A DNA stretch of 64,000 bases, taken from an uncultured Bacteroidia bacterium (GTDB taxonomy: Bacteria; Bacteroidota; Bacteroidia; NS11-12g; UBA9320). Below the pieces are notes generated by a model. That model worked only from the letters and a program-made list of their open reading frames with translations. It was not told the DNA's origin and did no database searches. Of this stretch, positions 57,027 to 64,000 are shown piece by piece. Positions within the stretch are counted from its first letter, which is position 1; the number at the start of each line of letters is the position of its first letter. The stretch lies in the NCBI GenBank assembly GCA_943789165.1, contig CALSTB010000005.1, forward strand, positions 601,827 through 665,826, in the 5' to 3' direction. A program made the position numbers and the translations under genes.

Positions 57027-58196
57027 GTGAAAAAATACATACTTGTATTGATGTTAAACAGTCTAGGGAACATTGGTTTTAGTCAGCCTTTTATGGTACA
57101 GCCAATTGAAGGTGTGCAGGGTAAAGACTTTATAATCGTTAATTATGTCGATTGGTTGGATTCTGGAATTGTGGATGCCTACTGCCGTACAAAAACATAC
57201 GATGGGCATCAAGGCACCGATTACGCACTTCGTAGCTTCCAGCACATGGACAGTGGGGTAAATGTTCTTGCAGCTGCCCAAGGTGTTGTTACGTTTGTAA
57301 AAGACGGATTGTTCGATCGTGAAACGGAAGGCGATGTTAGCAAAGGACTTGGTAACTACATAGCAATCCGACATCCTAATAAATTTTATACGTATTACGG
57401 CCATTTAAAGAAAGGCAGCGTTCAGGTGAATGTTGGCGACACCGTTAAAGCTGGACAAGTAATTGGCGCAGTTGGTAGTAGTGGCAACAGCACCGACCCG
57501 CATTTGCATTTCGAAGTGTGGTATGATAGTCTGTATTTAGTCGACCCCTTTGTAGGTGTGTGCGGAGACGATAAATCGTTGTTCTATAACCCAACTTCGT
57601 ACGATACGGCTTTATATATTTGGGAATTTGGAATGCACGATACACTTATCGACTTAAATGCACTCAGGGAACGTATAACAACTGTCAAAACGCCCTTCGT
57701 TTTCAAACCGACCGCCACAACTCCGGTGTTGTTTTGGAGTCATTTGTCTGGACTTAAAAAAGGTGATGAATTAACCATTCGTTGGATTGCACCAAACAAA
57801 ACTGTGTGGTTCACGTATTCGAATACCTTGGAAAAAGACTGGTGGTATTACTATTACTTTACACATATCAATAATACCAATTTAGAAAAAGGGCAGTGGA
57901 AAGCAATCCTTGAACTTAATGGAAAGGATATCATTACCCAACCTTTTGTAGTCGCTGATAATGCGTCTGTTTCTGACATTGAATTACTCCCCAGTACGTG
58001 TAATGTGTATAGCATTAGGCAGTTGTTAAAACGAAAGGACATACTCGCCTTTACGTTGACGTCGGTTAATGGTCCAACCGTGACACTCAAGCAGCACAAC
58101 CGTATCGAAATTCCTGATGTAACGCCAGGTGTCTACTTTCTTGAGGCGGAACTAACGAATAATAAAAGGTGCTATCAGAAGATAGTGGTGGATTGA
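57027..58196 (+). CDS. M23-family metallopeptidase with T9SS-type C-terminal domain
   Basis: HQGTDYAL, GSSGNSTDPHLHFEV and a C-terminal GVYFLEAELTNNKRCYQKIVVD. GTG start. Confidence 0.82.
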   Translation: MKKYILVLMLNSLGNIGFSQPFMVQPIEGVQGKDFIIVNYVDWLDSGIVDAYCRTKTYDGHQGTDYALRSFQHMDSGVNVLAAAQGVVTFVKDGLFDRETEGDVSKGLGNYIAIRHPNKFYTYYGHLKKGSVQVNVGDTVKAGQVIGAVGSSGNSTDPHLHFEVWYDSLYLVDPFVGVCGDDKSLFYNPTSYDTALYIWEFGMHDTLIDLNALRERITTVKTPFVFKPTATTPVLFWSHLSGLKKGDELTIRWIAPNKTVWFTYSNTLEKDWWYYYYFTHINNTNLEKGQWKAILELNGKDIITQPFVVADNASVSDIELLPSTCNVYSIRQLLKRKDILAFTLTSVNGPTVTLKQHNRIEIPDVTPGVYFLEAELTNNKRCYQKIVVD

Positions 58197-58696
58197 AGTT
58201 GGTGTAGGTGATTTCTAAAGTTTAGGAGTTAGGCGTTGAGAATAAAGAAAATAGAGTAAAGACTTGATCACGCACGAATTCAAGTCATACTTCCTGAGTC
58301 ATTAGGTCTTGAGTCATAGGACGCTTTGGTAAGTTGAAGTTTAAGCTGAAGTTGAAGTTGAAGTTTCCTTTATTCAATGATTCTATAATTCTATAATTCA
58401 ACCATTAGGCATTAGCCACTAGGAATTAGGGATTAAGAATAGAGAGCATAGATAATAGAGTAAAGACTTGATCACGCACGAATTCAAGTCATACTTCCTG
58501 AGTCATTAGGTCTTGAGTCATAGGACGCTTTGGTAAGTTGAAGTTTAAGCTGAAGTTGAAGTTTCCTTATTCAATAATTCAATAATTCTGCCATGAGATT
58601 CTTCGGTTCTCCTGTTGTCGAACCTCTGAATGACGCGAATTGGTAAGCTGAAGTTGAAGTCGAAGTCGAAGCTTCCTACATTCAATAATTCAATAG
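58197..58696. repeat. mosaic repeat array: 204-bp unit x2 plus hexamer (GAAGTT), heptamer (ATTAGG-like), octamer (ATTC) and hairpin modules
   Basis: A 112-bp stretch is identical at 58251 and 58455. The copies differ by one GAAGTT unit. Confidence 0.92.
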
Positions 58697-58778
58697 TGTA
58701 TCGTCCTAAAATAAGTTGACAGGTTAATAGTTAAATCCTGATATAGAATTACAGTTAATTCTTAGTACTAAAATAGGT

Positions 58779-59675
58779 TTACTTTTTATAAGTATTGTCA
58801 TAATAGTTCTTCCATAGTTTTACTGGTTTGATTCCAATAGTTTGATGTACCCTATTTGGGGTTAACATACCAATGCTCATATGCGGTCTTTCTTGATTGT
58901 AAAGTCTGATAGCATTGTCTAATAAATCAAAGGCTTGTAGTATTGTTTTGGGATTCATGTTCAGAAGATATTCACTCTTAATTATTCCATTGATTCGCTC
59001 AGCTATGGCGTTTTCTCTTGGATCTCCATTTTCGGTCATACTAATCTGTATACCACGGTTTTGCAGCATATAGACGTAGGCATCAGAACAATATTGTATC
59101 CCTCTATCTGAGTGATGAGTTAACGTTAATCTTTCTTCTGGTTTCAAAGTATTTAAAGCCATTTTTAAAGCTTTTATGGATTGTACAACTTTCAAGTTTT
59201 TAGCTAGATGATAACCTACTATCTTATGTGAAAATGCGTCTGTTATCAAGCTGATGTAACAAAAATTCTCCCCTAATTTCCAATAGGTAATATCACTTAC
59301 CCAGAGCTCGTTGATTCTACTAGGCTTTATAAACTGAGCTATATTGGGCCATTTGTGGTATCTGTGGTATGAGTTGGTAGTTACAGCTTTTCGCTTTCTT
59401 CGACGTACTAATAGCTTGTTTGTAGATAACATATCAAATAGGCCATCTCTCCCTATCTTTATCTGATGCTCCATCAAAAAAGGCTGTAAAACCTCATACA
59501 ACTTTCGTGTGCCCATGTAACGGTGAGATTCTCGTATAATCTTCACCTGGTCGACAATCATAGCATGTTCAATGCTCATCCAATTTTGATGTTGTTTGTG
59601 CTGGTAGTAGGATTGCCTACTTACACCAAGTAATCTGCACAGTTTGACAAGTGGAACCGATAACTCTCGGTTCAT
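58779..59675 (-). CDS. IS3 transposase OrfB (rve/DDE integrase)
   Basis: DDE motifs WVSDITYW, HHSDRGIQY and AERINGIIK. Probably expressed as an OrfAB fusion. Confidence 0.9.
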   Translation of the reverse strand: MNRELSVPLVKLCRLLGVSRQSYYQHKQHQNWMSIEHAMIVDQVKIIRESHRYMGTRKLYEVLQPFLMEHQIKIGRDGLFDMLSTNKLLVRRRKRKAVTTNSYHRYHKWPNIAQFIKPSRINELWVSDITYWKLGENFCYISLITDAFSHKIVGYHLAKNLKVVQSIKALKMALNTLKPEERLTLTHHSDRGIQYCSDAYVYMLQNRGIQISMTENGDPRENAIAERINGIIKSEYLLNMNPKTILQAFDLLDNAIRLYNQERPHMSIGMLTPNRVHQTIGIKPVKLWKNYYDNTYKK

Positions 59676-59683
59676 ATCTTCTA

Positions 59684-60061
59684 TTACTTGGTGCCTGACT
59701 TTTTTTCAATTCGAATTTTAAAACGTTCTTCTGCCTGCCGAATTACTCGTTTGTAATACTCCAATTGTAATCGCAAGTCTTCATTTTCTTTCTCCAGTGA
59801 TGAATTATCCTCATGGAGATCCGCTGAATCAAAGTTTTCCTGAGATTTTTTACTCATTTGATAAAAAGTGTCATCTGTAAAGTTAATTACTTCGTCACTG
59901 TAACCAAATTCTCGACGCCATTTACTAATTGCAGAAACATTCTTAATCTGATACTTTTTTAATAAAGCTACTTGGGTAATTCCACCCTTTAAATACTCCT
60001 TCACTACTAAATGTCGAAATTCCTTTGTGAAACGTTTTCTTAAACCTGTTTTGTTGTTCAT
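59684..60061 (-). CDS. IS3 transposase OrfA (HTH)
   Basis: RKRFTKEFRHLVVKEYLKGGITQVALLKKYQI, then a coiled-coil tail. Confidence 0.9.
   Translation of the reverse strand: MNNKTGLRKRFTKEFRHLVVKEYLKGGITQVALLKKYQIKNVSAISKWRREFGYSDEVINFTDDTFYQMSKKSQENFDSADLHEDNSSLEKENEDLRLQLEYYKRVIRQAEERFKIRIEKKSGTK
59699..59705 (-). other. -1 programmed ribosomal frameshift heptamer A AAA AAG
   Basis: In the orfA frame: att gaA AAA AAG tca. The -1 frame reads KKVRHQVIEDMNRELS and stays open into orfB. Confidence 0.7.
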
Positions 60062-60100
60062 TTTTGCTTAAAATGTGTCAACCTATTTTAGGACGAGACA

Positions 60101-60148
60101 TAGTCTTTAATTCAATAATTCTGTAATTCAGACATTCAATAATTACGC
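60101..60148. repeat. 8-bp-period ATTC repeat (other half of the array split by the IS)
   Basis: tagtctttaattcaataattctgtaattcagacattcaataattacgcc. Confidence 0.8.
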
Positions 60149-61018
60149 CTAATACGTCCTCGTCATATCCTCATCCACACAGATGATAAAATCAGCGCGA
60201 CCGATGGATTCTTTATCAAGTTTGGTGATGTCAGCTTGTGTAACTGTAGCTACCGTTCCGATAGTGGTTTCGGGTCTGTATTGTTTGATGTACCAATAAA
60301 TGCCTTCATAATAATCAGAGTGAAAGCTACCGTTATAATGAATAAACCTCAATGGCTGAAGTGTTTTACGAGGCATGTTGAGTTCATTCACTATCGAATT
60401 TGCCATGGTAGCATCTTTAATTGCCTGTGCTTTTATTAGTTTCGGACTTCCATGATTACCCATCATTTTTAATATGGCTTGATAGCGTGGGAGAGTAGGG
60501 TCATATGGAATAGGAAGTGGCGCAATCCATGCCTTTTCCTCGTCACTTAATGTGTCCAATGCAGCGAAATCATTTTTGTACACCAAACTCGCATACCTAC
60601 GAGGAATATTGGTAGCAATAAATTGATAACCAGAGTCTTTGGCGAAATCTACTAACGGCTTATAATCCGTTTTGTGGTTGTTCCATAACCGAGCCATGGT
60701 GTCTAATCCCTTTTGATTGATACTGTCCATCAAATACAGATTGAGCTGTTCTTGATTGTCTCTTTCAATCATTTCAGCGCCCAAAATGAGTTCGTACGTA
60801 TTGGCTAGGTCTTTGGTAACTTCTAATTCCAACCAATGACTGATCGGATTGTCGTGGTACTCTCCAAACAAGGTGACTTCCTTTTTTGCCAAGGACTTCA
60901 TCATCTTGGCATAGCTTACTTTTTTACCTTTTGAGTTGTAAATAACGTAACCCGTTTTGTTTTGGGCAAAGCCAATCGAAGCGATACACAGGCTTAAAAA
61001 TACAAGTATTGTTTTCAT
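60149..61018 (-). CDS. ChaN-family (DUF399) lipoprotein/haem-binding-like protein
   Basis: The internal ATG at 61018 gives signal MKTILVFLSLCIASIGFAQ. Motif VTLFGEYHDNPISHW. The longer ORF overlaps the DPP-IV gene. Confidence 0.7.
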   Translation of the reverse strand: MKTILVFLSLCIASIGFAQNKTGYVIYNSKGKKVSYAKMMKSLAKKEVTLFGEYHDNPISHWLELEVTKDLANTYELILGAEMIERDNQEQLNLYLMDSINQKGLDTMARLWNNHKTDYKPLVDFAKDSGYQFIATNIPRRYASLVYKNDFAALDTLSDEEKAWIAPLPIPYDPTLPRYQAILKMMGNHGSPKLIKAQAIKDATMANSIVNELNMPRKTLQPLRFIHYNGSFHSDYYEGIYWYIKQYRPETTIGTVATVTQADITKLDKESIGRADFIICVDEDMTRTY

Positions 61019-61020
61019 AG

Positions 61021-63174
61021 TTATTTCAAGTGAAGCATAAAGTAATCCGTGACTTTTTGGTACAAATGCACCCTGTCCATACCACCAACGTTGTGCGGAT
61101 GATGCGGATACACAAAGTAATCTAAGTTGGCATTGCCGCTTTGTATGTTTTTTTGAAGGTAGAGCAAGCTGTGCTGCCACAATACCACATTGTCTTGTCC
61201 ACCATGTATCATCAACAACTTGCCTTCTAATTGATCGACATAGTTTAATAAGTTGTTGTTTTTATATCCTTCAGGATTCTCTTCAGGCGTATCCATATAG
61301 CGTTCTGTATACATGATTTCGTAATAACGCCAGTCAATTACTGGACCACCAGCAACACCTACTTGAAAGGTGCCTGGTTTACGCGTCATCAAGGACGTTG
61401 TCATAAAACCACCGTAACTCCAGCCATGGATGCCCATTCTATTGCCATCAACCCATGGTTGTTTTTTAAGAAACTCAACACCTGTAAGTTGGTCTTCCAT
61501 TTCAACTGTTCCACATTGTCTAAAAATCGCACTTTCAAACTCAAAACCTCTATTGGCAGAACCTCTTCCATCAACCGTGAATACCACAAATCCTTGTTGT
61601 GCCATGTATTGAAACCACAAGTTGGCACCACCCAACCATCGGTTGTTAATCATTTGTGCATGTGGACCGTTGTATAAGTACACAACAACTGGATATTTTT
61701 TAGTTGGATCAAAATCAATTGGCTTGAATAGACGGTAATACAAATCTGTTTTGCCATCATTAGCCGTTAAAGTCCCAATCGTCATTTGTCCGAGCTTGTA
61801 TTCCGACAATGGATTATCCACTGACTTTAATACACCCAAGTTTTGACCCGATTTGCCAAGCACACGAATTTCCCGAGGAGTTATGGTACTGGTAAAATCA
61901 TCAAGGAAGTTTTTGTTTTTTGGACTAGGTGTCACCCGATGCGTTCCTTCGTTTGACGTGATTTTTTTCATCTTTTTACAATTACTAAAACTCACTTCAT
62001 AAAAGTCTCTGTTAATTGGTGACTCTTTTGAAGATGTGATAAAGAACGACTTTCCGTCTTCGCTAAAACCATGAAAATCGATTACTTCCCACGGTCCTTG
62101 GGTAAGTTCACGAATCATTTTACCATCTGTATTGTATAAGTAAAGATGCGTATACCCGTCTCGTTCACTCCACCAAATAAATTGATTTGGATCATTTTTA
62201 AAAAAAGTCAAACCATGTTCTGGTTCCACGTATTTGTCGTGCTTTTCTTCAAACAAGGTTTTGACATAGGCTCCAGTTGCAGCATCAAACTGCTTCAACC
62301 ACATGTGGTTTTGTCCGCGGTTCACCACAGCCACGTACACATAATTTCCGTTTGGTCCCCATGATACATTTGTTAAGTACTGTTCCAATGGTTCACCTGT
62401 TTTTAAGTACACGGTTTTGTTTGAAGCCACATGATAAATACCAACGGTCACGTGGTGGCTTTTCTCTCCAGCTACTGGATATCGAATCATGTCTGCCGTG
62501 GCTGGTTTAGAATCTAAGTGATACAATGGATATTCTGTCACCATCGATTCATCCATCCTATAGAAAGCCAATTGCGCTCCGTTATCAGACCAGAATGTCC
62601 CGTTCGTGATGCCAAACTCACTTCTATGAACGGCTTGTGCGTAAACGATTCCTTTTCCGCCATCTTCCGTTACTTGCTTGTCATTCACCCATAAATTGTC
62701 GTCTTTCACAAAGGCGATGTTGTTCGATTCCCATGAGATATCAGCGTGTGACATGTCACCAGGAGTGTAGTCCAATAGTTTTTTAGCGGTTTTTGAAGAC
62801 CTATCGTATTGGAAGTATTGTGATTTGCGGTAAAACCTAAATTGATTGTCATTGGTCCAATGAACACCTCGAGGTAAACTACCTAAACTATCAGCACCAA
62901 TGGCCAAAAGCGCCGTTTGTATGTCATTGCTAGTTACGTAATGGGTCATTCCATTGTTGGTCGATTCGATTTCGAAAATTGCCATTACTTTTTCACCATC
63001 TAACGTATCGATGTAACTGTAGTGATCATCTCCGACCCATTGTAATTGGTTTAGACCACTAGGGTAGAGGTGATAACCGGCTATGGCATCCTTCATGGTT
63101 AGCATTTTGTCTTGGGCAATACTGGCCGACGACAACACCAACGCAACTAAAAACAAGGCTATTCTATTCTTCAT
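61021..63174 (-). CDS. S9-family dipeptidyl-peptidase IV
   Basis: DPP-IV N-terminal beta-propeller region plus catalytic GIHGWSYGG and downstream D and H regions. Confidence 0.92.
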   Translation of the reverse strand: MKNRIALFLVALVLSSASIAQDKMLTMKDAIAGYHLYPSGLNQLQWVGDDHYSYIDTLDGEKVMAIFEIESTNNGMTHYVTSNDIQTALLAIGADSLGSLPRGVHWTNDNQFRFYRKSQYFQYDRSSKTAKKLLDYTPGDMSHADISWESNNIAFVKDDNLWVNDKQVTEDGGKGIVYAQAVHRSEFGITNGTFWSDNGAQLAFYRMDESMVTEYPLYHLDSKPATADMIRYPVAGEKSHHVTVGIYHVASNKTVYLKTGEPLEQYLTNVSWGPNGNYVYVAVVNRGQNHMWLKQFDAATGAYVKTLFEEKHDKYVEPEHGLTFFKNDPNQFIWWSERDGYTHLYLYNTDGKMIRELTQGPWEVIDFHGFSEDGKSFFITSSKESPINRDFYEVSFSNCKKMKKITSNEGTHRVTPSPKNKNFLDDFTSTITPREIRVLGKSGQNLGVLKSVDNPLSEYKLGQMTIGTLTANDGKTDLYYRLFKPIDFDPTKKYPVVVYLYNGPHAQMINNRWLGGANLWFQYMAQQGFVVFTVDGRGSANRGFEFESAIFRQCGTVEMEDQLTGVEFLKKQPWVDGNRMGIHGWSYGGFMTTSLMTRKPGTFQVGVAGGPVIDWRYYEIMYTERYMDTPEENPEGYKNNNLLNYVDQLEGKLLMIHGGQDNVVLWQHSLLYLQKNIQSGNANLDYFVYPHHPHNVGGMDRVHLYQKVTDYFMLHLK

Positions 63175-63190
63175 TTATGTATGCTTTGGG

Positions 63191-63198
63191 CAAACTTA
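63191..63198 (-). promoter_or_regulatory. candidate -7 promoter box (TAAGTTTG)
   Basis: TAnnTTTG match on the minus strand, about 17 nt upstream of the DPP-IV ATG. Confidence 0.3.
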
Positions 63199-63245
63199 TT
63201 TAAAACCACCTAAAAAATGTATGAATTGACGGTGGTGGAGTCTTT

Positions 63246-63887
63246 TTATTTGATAAACGATTTATTGGAAGGCAATTTTGAAATGATCCATTCGGCAATT
63301 AATAGGTTCGGGATAAAACCCAACCATGTTACAATTTGATAAAGTTCCAAAGGATTTGGCGCAATGGTATTTGCCAAACCGAATTTCCACAACCTGAGCG
63401 TGATTGCAGAAAGGGTCAATGCATAACTCCTAATCATAAACTTTTGGTGTTTTACAATTCGTCCTTGTTTAGCATGAAGAACTGCGACCAATGTGAACCA
63501 GAACCACAAAACGGCCAACAGACTAAATCCAATCTTCCTGGGTAAATGGCCATTTGCATAGATACCCAACACCAATCCAGAAGGGGCGGCAAGAATTAAG
63601 ACAACGTAAACGTACATTTTACCAAATGATGTATGCAACGACAAGTTGGTCTTGCGAAGTCTTGAGGAAAACTGAGTAAAGCCCGCCAATAAGCAGATAA
63701 CTGCGGTAAATGAATGGATGTAGAAATTGATGAGCCAGAAACGGTTAGATACAAATGGCTGTTTGATTCGTAAAAATCCGACATCCATATCAAACGAGAT
63801 GTAGCGCAAAATAATTTGCATCATCAATGCGATGAAGAATAGGAGTAGGGCATATAATACCCATAAGATTATTGAATTGTATTTCAA
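63246..63887 (-). CDS. DUF2306-like polytopic membrane protein
   Basis: Six hydrophobic helices. The family call is from memory. Confidence 0.45.
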   Translation of the reverse strand: MKYNSIILWVLYALLLFFIALMMQIILRYISFDMDVGFLRIKQPFVSNRFWLINFYIHSFTAVICLLAGFTQFSSRLRKTNLSLHTSFGKMYVYVVLILAAPSGLVLGIYANGHLPRKIGFSLLAVLWFWFTLVAVLHAKQGRIVKHQKFMIRSYALTLSAITLRLWKFGLANTIAPNPLELYQIVTWLGFIPNLLIAEWIISKLPSNKSFIK

Positions 63888-63930
63888 TGGATTGTTCTAA
63901 ATTCGAAGATACAGTATTGAAATATTCCAA

Positions 63931-64000
63931 ATGAACTCAAAGTCATTATACAGTATCGCCATTGTAAGTTTCACCTTGTTGTGTACAAGTTGCAACAACC
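63931..64000 (+). CDS. lipoprotein, 5' fragment (runs off the window)
   Basis: The ATG at 63931 encodes MNSKSLYSIAIVSFTLLCTSCNN, with a lipobox. Confidence 0.4.
   Translation, partial: MNSKSLYSIAIVSFTLLCTSCNN

Larger units (their letters stand above)
58697..60100 (-). mobile_element. complete IS3-family insertion sequence (1404 bp) with 25-bp terminal inverted repeats and a 3-bp TAG target duplication
   Basis: IRs are TGTATCGTCCTAAAATAAGTTGACA (58697-58721) and the reverse complement of 60076-60100, TGTCTCGTCCTAAAATAGGTTGACA (23/25 match). The flanks are TAG (58694-58696) and TAG (60101-60103). Confidence 0.92.

Noticed and set aside
60149-61180. Long N-terminal extensions proposed by the ORF track (also 1439.., 18145.., 21360..21863, 22582..23325, 37400.., 46187.., 48476..)
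   Set aside because: The extensions overlap neighbouring genes and precede obvious signal peptides or family N-termini (for example MC.. for SRAP, MKTILVFLSLC.. for ChaN). Internal ATG starts were used instead.

Overview
This is a chromosomal window from a Bacteroidota genome, probably Flavobacteriales-like. The evidence is five T9SS C-terminal sorting domains, a DUF5683 gene after parAB, TAnnTTTG -7 boxes and a zeaxanthin-type crt operon. About 60 genes are mostly housekeeping: parA/parB, hbd, ribD, prmC, mutS, murF, trmH-like, DPP-IV and two convergent SulP transporters. Accessory content includes a two-component cluster (2 kinases, 4 receiver domains, AraC-type output) and a crtI-crtB-orf-crtZ operon behind a MerR/B12 (CarH/LitR-like) regulator. 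There are also tRNA-Leu(TAA) and tRNA-Gly(GCC), and two unrelated IS3-family elements. One IS is present as a full copy plus an inverted, 5'-truncated copy about 54 kb away. The least explained signal is a mosaic intergenic repeat family (hairpin module plus 6-, 7- and 8-bp-period modules; 137-bp and 204-bp tandem units). It fills the gaps between convergent genes and carries both copies of one IS. Other oddities are an orphan T9SS sorting domain in frame right after a TAG stop, a TGA at a conserved Trp of a PAS kinase, a TAA inside a serine hydrolase, a frameshifted porin gene, and an uncharacterised gene translationally coupled inside the crt operon. I found no CRISPR array, rRNA, prophage or recognisable defence system. 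Every functional call rests on motif recognition by eye, not on database searches.
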